Positions 44,975 to 57,650 of a stretch of 64,000 nucleotides of DNA are shown in pieces. The DNA is from Owenia fusiformis. Lineage: Eukaryota. The stretch lies in the NCBI GenBank assembly GCA_903813345.2, contig CAIIXF020000001.1, positions 1,798,001-1,862,000 on the forward strand, given 5' to 3'. Within the stretch, counting starts at the first letter, position 1, and each line of letters opens with the position of its first letter. The notes below the pieces were generated by a model that saw only the letters and a list, made by a program, of their open reading frames with translations, did not search any database and had not been told where the DNA came from. The position numbers and the translations under genes were made by a program.

Positions 44975-45424
44975 TCTAAAAGCCCCCTCCTCCTCATCGC
45001 AGTGAGTAATTTCTATATGTATAGCAGCAAGTGCTTGAGCATTCATAGGCACCTCAACACCAAGAGGTTCTGCGTTCAACTCCATTATATAATGATTCTG
45101 GCCCAAATCATCAAGACCAGGCGAGTCTAAATCATTTGTGTCATTTTGATTTTGAGCACAATCGTTTGTGTTAATATCAGCATCATGCACAACAAGTTGC
45201 CTTGTTCGAATTTCACCATTTTCGTAAAATGTACTTGCAAGGGATGCGGATAGTTTCCTTGTTACACTTGCTTTCCTTGGTATAACCTCCTCTACAATTT
45301 CCTCCTCTTCTTCTGCATTCTCCTCATTTTCCTCACTCCCCTCCTCTGAATCCTCTTCAATCCTCTCCATTGGGAGACTCTGTGAGCGAATATAATGGCT
45401 ACGGAGGACACTTATTCGATGCAT
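44975..45424 (-). CDS. Candidate alternative first coding exon (150 codons, acidic) of the SAM-domain gene
   Basis: MHRISVLRSHYIRSQSLPMERIEEDSEEGSEE...EEGAFR ends at a consensus GTAAGT donor in phase 0, compatible with the phase-0 acceptor at 39396. Confidence 0.6.
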
Positions 45425-45680
45425 TATATATATATATATCTAGCTTGCTCAATATATGATGTTGCTAATTTTACATATAGAACTTTTCTCTATGTGCTAA
45501 TTAGTCTCTTAAGATTTTGTCTAATAACCTTTTTACATAAATCAGAAAAATTACCATCCTAAACTAGTCATATATCATGTATAATGTTGCTTTGTTCCAT
45601 CAGCAGATTTACTTCAATCATTGTAACTTCAGATGTAGTTGTGGTTCAGATGTCATCCATCATTTAGAGTTCATATTTAA

Positions 45681-45745
45681 GAATGCAACAAGTACTTCCA
45701 TCAATGGCACCAACAATGCAACAAGTACTTCCATCAATGGCACCA
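45681..45745 (+). repeat. 33-bp tandem duplication
   Basis: AATGCAACAAGTACTTCCATCAATGGCACCA occurs twice in tandem. Confidence 0.85.
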
Positions 45746-46224
45746 TTCATACTTTATTTTACATCCCCGTTTGTAACAATTATTCACAAATAATCCAGTA
45801 TTGTTCTGAACAAAAACTTTATCACATTCCACTTTCTCGCTCTATAATAGTGCTAAAGGTTTAGTCAATTTTCCAATTGTTCAATAAAAGTCCTCAAGCT
45901 TTATATACTAGTACACCAGTTGTGTTGTCTCTGAGTATAATTTACTAATTGGAAGATATCCTTTGATGCTTGTCAGGCCGGATAATATTATTAGATATTC
46001 ATCATCATACTTATTTCAAATGTCAAATACACAAATGGAGTTTATTTCCAAGGAAGGAAGGCTACCTACATATTTTCATATGTTGCCTTGTCACCCCAAG
46101 CAACATTAAATGCCATCTTGAAGCCTATAGTAAGATAAATGTGTCATTTACCAACTATTAGCGAGCCAAGTAGCTGAGTGTCAAGATCCAAGGTCTTCTT
46201 GACACTTCAAGCAACAATAAATGC

Positions 46225-46945
46225 TGACATCAGAGTTGTAGTCATGTCAGTGTCACATCTGAGTTATAGTATCACTGAGTTATAAATGTCGCGTCAAAAT
46301 CATTGTCTCACAATTCAATTGATATGTCAAACCAGGATTACAGCATCACATTAGAGCTATAATGTCACATTAGAGTTATCACTAGTGTCACGTTAGAGTT
46401 ATAATGTCACATTAGAGTTATAGTGTCACATTAGAGTTATAATGTCACATTAGAGTTATAGTGTCACGTTAGAGTTATAATGTCACATCCGAGTTATAAT
46501 GTCACATTAGGGTTAATAAGTAATAGTTACACAAAGTTATAGCCCTGTTATATCAGAGTCACATCAGAGTTATAGCATCACATCAGAATTATAATGTCAC
46601 ATTAGAGTTATAGTGTCACATTAAAGTTATAATATCACATCAGAGTTATAATGTCACATTAGAGTTATAACATCACATCAGAGTTATAATGTCACATTAG
46701 AGTTATAGTTACACAAAGTTATAGCCTGGTTATATCAGAGTCACATTAGAGTTATAGCATCACATCAGATGTCACATTAGAGTTATATTGTCACATTAGA
46801 TTTTAGCATCATCACATTAGATTTTAGCATCATGTGAAAGTTAACCTTACATCAGAGTTATGGCATCACATTAAAACAAAATGTCACATCAGAGTTGAAG
46901 TGCCGCATGACAGTTACAATGTCATGTCAAAGTTATTATGTTATA
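46225..46945. repeat. Minisatellite with a 19-bp unit (consensus GAGTTATAATGTCACATTA)
   Basis: Roughly 30 or more copies, homogeneous in the centre and degenerate at the edges. Confidence 0.95.
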
Positions 46946-48752
46946 CTAGACTTGCAGATAACATTGTTTTATAAGTCATCACTTGTAGTTGATTAACCAT
47001 CTTAATTTCATCGCTAATTATTACTATCTCGCTATACCTGACTGCATATATCAAACATCTGCAGTTGATGTAACATCCAAATATTTTTGCACGTTCAAAT
47101 ATTAATAGCAACTTCTGCAACGAAGCGGTAAATTTATTGTAAAGTTAGTCTCTAGTTTGAGATTAAACTGCTGTTATCGCATCCCTATCTTCTAACAAGA
47201 AGCAGTTGCAGCCTGTCAAAAAAACTTCCGTAAAGGTCATCTTATTTCAATTTTTCAATTGATTAAAATGCTTTGCACATTTTGTTCACTCAAATGTGAT
47301 ACATTTATCTGCTAAACTCCTTTGTTAATATATCCATTTTCCTTTGGGGTACATATACAAATGTAAATCTATGGCCACTATGCAATTATCTTTCCTGGTA
47401 ACATAACTCGTCTTCTGATAAGAAACAATGATATCCAGTTTTAAGTCTTATTTTGTTAATGTTCCATCCAATGCAAGATATCATTACAGTGAATTAGCAA
47501 ATATTGAATAACAAATGTGAAGAAATAATAACTTAGTTAAGAAAGGTTAATAAACAAAATGGATAAGTATGATGACTTTCCTTCCCTTGCGATAATATTT
47601 TCTCACATTGTAATTAAAACCAAAATGAGGAGGAAGAGAACAATTTTCAAAACTGTGGTGATCATCAATACTTATAGCAGCATTAATTGGAGTGTATATT
47701 GTTTCTCATAATATTTCATTCAACTTTTATTGCTGATCTTACAAACCAAGTTAAAATTTGTAAGATATGTAATATGTAAGAATTTGTAAGAGTACTGGAT
47801 CATCATGACAACTTGTACCAGAGATAAACAAGTGGAGACAATGCTTAATAACAAGCATATGCCATCTCACAATCATCTCAGGCATGTACATGAATTTAGT
47901 TTATTTAGTACAAATATTTAGTTTATTCCATACTTGTAACACTGTAACATATCCATAAGAATAATAAATCAGGTAAATAGGATCCTATGACCCCTCTAAG
48001 TTGAACTCCAAACCCCTGTCTACCCCTTAAGGTTGCTCTACATGATGAGAAGTTTTACATAATTTTCATGATTGGAATTTTTCTTCCAATCAGATTGCAG
48101 CATAGCAATAGGAATAATTAATGATAGGCCATTCAATATGGTGAAATTCAGCACGAGTTTGACAGAATGTCGCACAAAGAATAGAATTTCAACATATTGA
48201 ATGGCCTAATTTACTCCAATTCAAACATGAAAAATGAAAACATTGTTCAGAGAATCGGTGATTGGGGCTCCATAAAATAACCAAACTTGCTGTTATTTTC
48301 GCCATTCCTTGGTGTGACCTCACAACACAACACAATACATAGATAACCATTCTGATACTCATAGCATCTTTCTCAGGGCTGAGAAGATTTGAGATGGCAT
48401 GGTTTATCATGATGATAGATACCCGGATGAGCACGGAATAGAGCACGGTCATGCATCTATGGAGAATTAGAGAATGTTGTATATTAAATATTGCAGTCTG
48501 ATTGGTTGAGAAATACAATTAGAGCATGGTCATGTTTGAATTCTCAATAGATGTTCATTATGCAAACTGCACCCATGAATCTACACTCATTAGACAGACT
48601 GTCGTCAGTGCAAATGCACTTACCTTCAGCCAAGCTTTGTACGACGTTCTGTCTTATCCCAGTTGAATTTCAACATTTTAAATGGCTTTTCATTTTTCAT
48701 TCCTTAATATATTTCTCATTTCTATTTGAATATTCACATATTAGGGTAGAAT

Positions 48753-49559
48753 TAGCCTTGCCCAAGTCGGTATTTTTTACTTATCTGATCTTGAATTATT
48801 ACCGCCTTGTACAATCCAATACACCTGCGCTGATATTATGCAGAGTTATTCAACGGTTTCGAGATTTCCATAATACCTACGCTATCAGGGGTATCGCGAA
48901 ACCTTATTGATTAACAGATATACGCGTGGACACGACGTGTGACTTCAGGCTGATTGACCAATCAAAACGTTATCAGGTTGGCCTGCATAAGCAAAGCAAT
49001 CTTCCCGATTTGAAATTCAATGATCTGATCGATCGTTTCTTTAGAGTTACAATATATTATGTAATTAAATGTACATAGGGAATGTAAGAGTCATTAATAT
49101 AAATTAAATCATGCAATAGATTTAAAACTGATTTCGCGATGAAAATGCAAGACCGAGTCCAATGTAGCGGGTCATGTAGATCAGTGATTGAATCTCAGCC
49201 TACATGTTCATTTGAATTCAGCGATCGTTTTAACGTTTATTGTTGAAATCTTCTCACCTCCGGTTACCGATCGATGCTCCGGCATCCACTAAACTCTAAT
49301 TGATATTTATCTGATAAAATATTTGTATTTTCATGATGAATTCATGCAAGATTTGTTCGTGAAAAGTCCCGGCGAAAAGTAAAAAGTGTACTTGTTTTTG
49401 ACCGTGCATAATAATGAGCTAACGCTGCGGGGCCGTCGTTGATTGGTCAAATTTTACCGACATAAACATTGAGTCGGTAAAGCACGTGGCTTTCTCTTTG
49501 GTACAAGGCGGTCATAATAGAAATCAAGATAGTAAAAGAGACCGACTTGGGCAAGGCTA
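48753..49559. mobile_element. Non-autonomous DNA transposon with 9-bp TSD and TAG...CTA ends (AcademH-like)
   Basis: GGGTAGAAT|TAGCCTTGCCCAAGTCGGT ... ACCGACTTGGGCAAGGCTA|GGGTAGAAT: perfect TSD, 19-bp perfect terminal repeat and imperfect inner arms. Confidence 0.88.
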
Positions 49560-50139
49560 GGGTAGAATTAGATCAAAAATATCTTGATAAAAATGGTGAA
49601 ATAAAAATTTCCAATCCATCAAACTTTTGTTTAAGTGATGAACTGCCTTAAGACAGTATACATGATGGGGTAAATTGATCTAAGTATTTCATAGAAATGA
49701 AATGACAGTAATTTCTGGAAAAGTGTCATTGAACTCTCGATTCATACTTAATCATCCAAGCAGTCACCTACACATTATCTCAAGTTGATGTGACAGGTTA
49801 AGTTGATGTGACAGGTTAATTTGATGTGACTGAATGTGATGTAAGATTGAATTGACTGAATATATTACACATGCATGACTTAATACAATAGAATAATAAT
49901 TATTTTTTATCATAGAGCTAAAGTTGAATATCACGATCCCCAGAAAGACACACAAGTGAGTTATTCCAGAGGATTACCACTAAACATTTACAGAAGACCA
50001 GTTTTGTACTGATAGAGCTACCCAGAATAAATATAGTTTTCAAATAATTGTTGAACCATTGCTTAAGTGACAGTATACATGTTCATGTGAAATGACTTTC
50101 AAAAAGTAATTAATGAATGTCCTTTTTAATTTAAGTGTA

Positions 50140-50468
50140 GTATTTGTTGTATTGTATTTTGTTTACCACCAATTAAGGTGAGCAATACCTCTTAAGTATA
50201 ACTATACAGTCGTAATTTACGTAATTAACTTTGAACATAGACCCAGAAACCCCTCCTTGAAGGAACTCTGTATTCTTTTATGTGGTCTTATACATAGACA
50301 TACAAGTACACTCCACAGCCTGTTGTACGAGTTGTGGACCACTCAGTCAAACACCCTGAAGTACTTTATGCGAATAAGCAAATTAAGTATTGACTGAACC
50401 AGGGATTGAATCCGGGACCTATTGCGTAAGAGGTACATGCGCTTAACCGCTGAGCTATATGGGTGGAC
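50140..50468 (-). mobile_element. tRNA-derived SINE
   Basis: Minus-strand head TAGCTCAGCGGTTAAGCGC (A box) ... GGATTCAATCCC (B box-like) with broken tRNA stems, followed by a body of about 250 nt and an (AATAC)n-like tail. Confidence 0.65.
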
Positions 50469-53400
50469 TAGTATTAATATCGGGAAGTGTTTGATAATAG
50501 AGGCAGGTTTCAGGTGAATTACTATGTACAAAAAATAATAGCTAGGATAAGGTATATCCTGTTTCTCTATTGTGTTATGTTTAGAAGTCAATTCGTGTAT
50601 TCCCATAAAATGTGGCATTTCATTTTTTCAGCAATAAATATATTTAGTAGTAGAGGTTTTTATTATAACTTCACGGACAAGATATTTACCCAATAAATGT
50701 ATTTTGTAGTTTGATAATAATACAATAGAAAGTGAATCCTGGGATAAAAATAAATCCAGATTGAAGATATAAAACATAATCCTAAAATTCCGACAAGTCC
50801 CTTGGGGCTATTTACACCTGCCATATATGGTCATTTTAATCAGCGTATTTCAATCAATGACTTGTTTTTCATTATCTAGCCAATATTCTAGTAACTTTTT
50901 AATACTTGGCAATATACATACATGCATATGGCATTTTGACAGTACCATATATATTTTGGCAGAGGTAGAGAGGAATATCTAGGACTTGTTGTTTCTGAGA
51001 ACATGCTTTGACAAAAATGACAAAGTTTGACAATTAATCAATCTTATCATTTATTATTGGAGTCAAAAAGACTGACAATTGCAATTGCATTTTTTAGAAA
51101 GACATGAATCTTTGAGAATTGGCCTTCAGATAGTCTCAGCTCGAGTTAGATAAATAAATAAGATTTTTAACCCTACTTGCTTAGGACAAAGGTGAGACAA
51201 ATAAAAAACAAACAAAAAACAAATAAATAAAAAGCAATAGTAGTTGTATAAAGGGTAATTGTAATTCAGAAGAACAACTTAAAATAAGAACTATTTGTGA
51301 ACTGTATTGATCTCTATACTCCGAACCATAATATTTTAGTTAACCTAATATAATAGATTGATTCTTCATTTCATCATTGAGGCAATTTGAGACCTGGGAA
51401 CCCTCAGAATTACATTAGAAAACCATCATATTCACTTGAAATATCGAGCTCACTTGATCAATCGAGGCACAAGAACCATCATGACAAGACACAGACTAAT
51501 TGCCTAAGAGAGCTCTAAGACAAGTCACATCATTTTTAAATTATCTGTCATTACAAAAATGGAAAATATTACATCAATTTTGAAGCAGTTTTTAAAAAAA
51601 TAAAGAATTGAAGCGTGAACCAAATGCTGGTTCAAAATTTATATTATATTGCACATCATGCTGCAAAGGAGGATAACAAAGACAAGTGGTAAGGTGCTAT
51701 GGCAGAAAACAGAGTGTATCTGAGTTGTTTACTCCAACTTCCCAGGCACCATGTCCATGAGTCTCATTGATTTAATTGTCCATGCATGATTACATTCATC
51801 AACTGCTAACCATATCCTGTTATGTAAATGAATATAATAATTATTATTATTTGCTTGAAATTAGTATTTGAACTATTGGTCATGTATCACAAGTTGCAGT
51901 TATAATTCCAGATACATATTGTATTTTTTAATAAGGGGTAAATATAGGTGGCAGCAGTGTTTCTATTCAGGCAACAAAATATGACAGGATATACAAAAAT
52001 TGAATCGAATTCTTATTTTATCAAATATTTGCAGTTGGATTGATGTAAATTAAACTCCAGAAAATAATTGAATGTGTTTACATTGTAAATGTTCAACTTT
52101 AGATCATAGAGATAGTTGGCAAAAGGATTATGTATTTACCATATTCTTGCTCATAACATTTCTTGTGATACCTATTTTCTTAGAATTCAGACCTTAAGAG
52201 AAAATATCATTAGACTTATTGAATACTGTATCGATAGGAATTTAACCATGAACCCTTTCAGAATTTATTTTGTCTGTCCTTTGTGATTAATTCTCCTAAA
52301 ACTCCTAAAATCTTAAATAGAGTGCAACCTGCAGAGTAAAAAAGTTAATAAATCTATAAACAGAGTGCAATTACCTTTTACCCAATGCTCGGGAGACTAC
52401 ATATATGTCTCAGTTGATTTTGCACAAGAGAAACCTGTGAAATGAGAACAAAACAAACTCAAAGCCATTTTAAAATTACCAAGTTTTTAGGCAAATGTAT
52501 CCCCAGAGAACATACTGATTGATGCATATTACATTTTAACCGCAATAACATGTAGAGTGTAAAATATGCCTTATCATTATTAATTTTGTCTTGTGAATAT
52601 CTGAATATCTGAATCTGTTTTATGTGACAGCGTGGGAGGATGCTATTCTATTGCGAAGAATATTGAGTTCTGGCAGGTTTGTTTACAGCCTGGTATGTAC
52701 TTGCAAAAAACAAATCGTTTTATTGATTTGCACTGGTGGGAAATATCACACTCCAGTTATTGACTTCATTTGTATATAAAATTGATCGAACAAAAATTCA
52801 TTATTCCAATAAAGCTAGCAGATAACTATTTTCTATTAGAATTACACCTCTGCTTACACGATAATTCTTCAAAATCCTAATCCTAGGTTGGAACAATTTT
52901 CACCCTTTAACTCCAAACACTAAAGATTGAAAGAGTTCTCGGTCTTTATGATGAATTGCTCATAAAAAGTTCACTATACCTTTTTTTACCCAGCCCCATC
53001 TCTTCCCGAGATACTCACTGTCCCCTGATCTCTGTAAATTGGTCATCATCATTTCAGGCAAAACTATATTAGGCAAAATCGGAAATAATCTTGAACTAAG
53101 TCACAGCCTTCTAGAAAAGAACGGATAGAAGCCTGTGATCTCTCATGATGTACCCCCTCACAACCGACTAGCTCCTATTTCTTGTTTGATTTTGATGTAA
53201 GAAGTTGATTTTGAGATGAGAGAATCGGCGAACTTAGTCTTATGTGACAATTCTAAGAGTGTAAATAACATAGTGCATGATGTATAGAAGTAGCTAATGG
53301 GACAAACATTTTATGAAACAAGGACTGAAATATGACGATGATGAGATATGAGATACCACTGCCATCTTTTATTCATAGTAAAGTTTCTTAAATGCAATAT

Positions 53401-53824
53401 CAAAGAGATCAATGAACAGTTCAACCTGTATGAATGGAAACGCTCCCAAATGTGGAGACTTTTCTGTTTCAAACTTTTGTCCCCATTATGCGAACAAATT
53501 TCAATGTGAATTTACTTAATATGGTAGGATTCATTTGGATTCATTTATGGCAGGTTTTACTACACTAAGATACAAATATATGAAAGTAATATGTGGTCAA
53601 AATGTAGGCTATAAATATCAATATTCATTAGCTCATTTGTCCATTTAGCTGATTACCCATTGTGACATTGGTAAGGCCAATTTTCATCACAAACTTTCTT
53701 TGTAAAATTAATTTCCCCCTCTGACAAACATGAATATTCCCATTACCAAATAAATGAGTTAAGACACAATAGCTTCGTTAAACCATGAACCGCAGTAATG
53801 CATGAAAATCACTTTTATATTTAC

Positions 53825-53971
53825 CTTGGTAAATGGTGGATTGTGTGAGGATGCACCTTCTTTAGGACTTCCACTGCCTAGTACGTATCTCCTTGTTGGA
53901 GTGGACTTGCTGCTGCTACCTGACCTTGGACTTGTGGGGGTCAATGGAGACGTGGGTGTTAACCTATCCAT
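53825..53971 (-). CDS. Candidate distal alternative first coding exon (49 codons, Ser/Thr-Pro-rich) of the SAM-domain gene; exon 54030-53825
   Basis: Acceptor TTTCTTTTGCAG at 54031, in-frame stop upstream of ATG 53971, then MDRLTPTSPLTPTSPRSGSSSKSTPTRR...PPFTK and a phase-0 donor AAG|GTAAAT. Confidence 0.6.
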
Positions 53972-55653
53972 AACATTAATACTGCATAGAATGAGAGCTG
54001 GTAAAGCTGGTCATGTTGTAGTTCAACTATCTGCAAAAGAAATTTTGAAAATGTAAATTTCAGTTAAAAATGAGCAATGGTACATCAATCAATTAGAAGG
54101 TGAACTCCAATCAATACTATATTGAATTGCCCAATAAGAAGATAAAGATCCTTTTCAAAATACTTGCTGAAGACATAGTTAGAGACCCATGCCTCTCTAT
54201 CGTTTCAAAAAATGTACCCAACGTATCGGTCTCTGTTAATTTATGGCATCCATACTTTTCTGAAAGGTAACATATTGAGGTTCAATTTTCTGCCGGATGC
54301 CCTTGCAAACTCTCATTGGTTGCTCTGTATTGTAGCATTCCGTTACCATGGTTACGCATCTATAGACATCTTACCTTGGAATCTTAAATCATTTGTAGCT
54401 TTGTCATTATTTTGTCTATAGATATGATATTGGTATCAAATTAAACCTAAATAAATTTCCCATATAATTACAATATTCAATTATGCAAATTAGCTCATTT
54501 GCATAAATTGTGACGTCATAAATCTATTTTTCGTTCAGAATTTTCAAGTATAGCAATGTATCTTTAAGAACTGAAGCCGTACGGTAGAATTTCTTCAATG
54601 TTATGACTTTTATTCTATGAGCAGAAGGTTTAAGCAACATAAAAGTGAAAACAGATTCAAAATTGGATTAGAACTAACAAAGTTATTAAGCTTTCTGGGC
54701 AGCTACCATGAACGTTATCATTGAACAATTAACTTTAAACATCTTACCTTAGAATTGAAATGTTTGGTAGCTTTGTCATTATTTGGTCTATAGAGGAGAT
54801 CTTGGTATCGAATGGTTTTCTAATTGAATAAACGGTATGGTAACGATATTCAATTATGCAAATTAGCTAATTTGCATAAATTATGATGTCATCAATCTAT
54901 TTTGGGTTCAGAACTTCCAAGTATAGCAACAAATTTATTAGATCCGAGGTTGGATGGTGTAGTTTCTGCATAGTTTGTCATTTATTCTATGAGTGGAAGA
55001 GGTATGAGCAACAAAAAAAAATATTCAAAATTGAATGAGTATTAGTAAAGTAATTCAGCTTTTGAGTCAGCTGCTATGAACGTTACTATTTGACAATCAT
55101 AAATAAAACACTGAAATAACAAAAATGAAACAAAGCTGATTCAAGCTTATTGAGTGAAAAATATATATTTTACATGTCACTGAATTTGTTGGTGTATAGA
55201 AATGATATGGGTATTCATAATTTTGACTGTCATTGACAGGGGTCAAAACAGTTTTTTTGATTTTGTAACATGATTTATTGTTTTTGAGAAAGTCATGGAT
55301 TAATCAGTTAGAGAATGGGTAAATGGTATGGTGAAATCTGTTGTAATCTATAAATCTTTGAAATGATTTGCTTCATAGGCATCAATCTATTTAAAAATGC
55401 GAAGCATCGTGACTGGTCAAACATCAATATTTGTGCTGCAATTCAAGCAGTGAACATCTACATGAATTTTTAAACTGATTTGCTTCATAGGCGTCAATCT
55501 ATTTAAAAGGACGAAAACCTAACCGATTTTACCATACTATATGCTTTTTGAAGAAAGAAACCTTATTTGTTGAATTTTCTAGCAGAAATCGACTCACTTC
55601 ACTCATTTTGTCAGATTACTGGCAGTGACATTAAAGAAACAATTTTTATTATC

Positions 55654-56616
55654 TAGAGTGTCTCAAAAAATGAACCAAAGGTATATCAACAGCAAAGATA
55701 AATCAATCAATATTTTCAGATAATTTTGCATGGTCATTTAGGAAAAGCATGTAAGTTTTCTCTCCAATACTAATTTTTTAGCTCAGTCTTGCCTTTTTGA
55801 TGCTTTAACCCTTTTTATACCATGTGTTTAATTTAACCTCCTTACATTTCGATAAAAGCCTGCATCCTTACTGCTACATTGTTTATCATATATGACAATG
55901 TTTCTGGTGGAATGTTTTGAATTTCCTTTCACATGTTGACCTCAAATTGTTCTATGTCTCTTGGCTTTGGGATAAACATAAACATGGTTCTTGAAGTCAT
56001 TCCAGAGAAAATGTTTGGGGTGTCAAATCTGTTGAATAGGGAGGCCTTCACACTGTCTTTATATAGAAAGAAGAAACTGCTTTTATGGGAATTTTTGTTT
56101 GGCCCTTGCTGTACATGGAGGGGCTCAAACTGTCTGGAACCACAGTGTTCTCATTTAGATATCATTCAGTCTCTGTAACTCTGGCAGATGGAACTCCATT
56201 ATCAATTAACCGCTAAATCATTTGACGATAATTGAGCTGGTTCTCTGTGATTGTTATGCCATCTTCAACCTTGGAACTTTTTTCTCTGGGGCTATTTGAA
56301 GGAGCATGTTAAGCTAATCCCAAGCCAAAAGACCTAGAACAACATAAAGCCAACACCCAAAGAGAAATTAAAAACGTTCCACCTGAAATATTATCAAATG
56401 TGATGAACAATGTAGCACAAGGATACAGGCTGTCATCGAAGTATGAAGTAAAAAGTAAAGGGTTAAATCATCAAAATGCAAGACTTAACTGAAAACTTTG
56501 TATTGGGAAGGAAACTTACATGCTTTAGCAACATGACCATGCAAAAATATCTGAAAATATTGATTGGTTTAACCGTGGTGTTAATATACTTTTGGGTACA
56601 TTTTTGAGACACCTTG
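55654..56616 (+). mobile_element. Old palindromic Tc1/mariner derivative
   Basis: GTGTCTCAAAAAATGAACCAAAGGTATAT pairs with ATATACTTTTGGGTACATTTTTGAGACAC. Transposase C-terminal remnant FFLWGYLKEHV..PKPKDLEQHKANTQREIKNVPPEILSNVMNNV at about 56275-56420, mirrored in the left arm. Confidence 0.75.
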
Positions 56617-57229
56617 TACTATTTATCATACCAAGCTATTATAGTTCATAAATAGCATTGCATTTTTATATTAAGTCTTGATGAAGCGAGGACTTTAACC
56701 CAAGAGTTCCTACATCCATGTGACATTTATTTCCATGTGACTAACATCACCTAAATAGTGTAACTTTGAACAAATTAACGTTTTATCACCATGTCATCCA
56801 TGTGACATAAGTATCCGTGTTAACATCACCTCTATGGCATTCATTCATGTTATAGCCATCTACATGTACGTATATGTAACATCAATATTCATGTAGCATT
56901 ACCCATGTCAAGGACCCATATGGCAGTGGTTGAATTTTTCTTTTGTTAATCTATTTCAGTGGTGACTTTCATGACAGGGATGCTTTTTATTCTTAATGTT
57001 TCCATTATCTTTGTCACATCTCCATGTTCACCTCACCAGTGTGATTTGACACCCAAATATCATCTGTGTGACATTAATCTCCTTGTTAACATCATCTGGA
57101 GCTGTGACATTGATTCAGCTCCTCTCAGCACATCTTATTGTGATGACTTTTGCCCCAGCATCCAGGCCTACATAAAATCACAAAACTAGTGATGACTACA
57201 TCAATTTCATTCAATGTACCATAAAGCAA

Positions 57230-57650
57230 CGTCTCTCCTCTTTGCGATGATATGTCTTCATTCACATGTGGTAACGGTTGGGTGAGAAATCCTTCCATTT
57301 GCACAGTGGGTCAAAATCAGCTCTGGACCAAGTTTTAGATATTGCAAAAATCATTGCAAGGGCTAAGTGCCAATGGAAGTTCCCCTGACTTGAAATGCTG
57401 TGACTTTTTCTTTTGAGCTATCTCAGGAGCATCTGTGCTCACAATTCCTTACCAGATATTGTGAAACCTCGAGAAAGAATTGCCCATAGGCTGCTTTTCT
57501 CTGCTTTAACCCAAAGATGACTCAGGGCTGAACCATGCATGATGTGGACAAATGAGCGCATCTTTATGTGCAAGGAAGTGGTGGCAATTTGGAGAGGTAT
57601 AGGATGTATTCTTGCAAGAGTATGAGTATGAACACACCTGTCACACCTTC
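57230..57650 (+). pseudogene. Tc1/mariner transposase C-terminal remnant
   Basis: AGTTCCCCTGACTTGAAATGCTGTGACTTTTTCTTTTGA translates as SSPDLKCCDFFF*, resembling the SPDLxxxDFFLW motif. Confidence 0.5.

Noticed and set aside
46225-46945. CRISPR-like array
   Set aside because: The units are contiguous with no unique spacers, the context is eukaryotic and there are no cas genes.
50394-50468. Functional tRNA gene (Lys-CTT-like loop)
   Set aside because: The acceptor and anticodon stems do not pair and it runs into a SINE-like body and tail.
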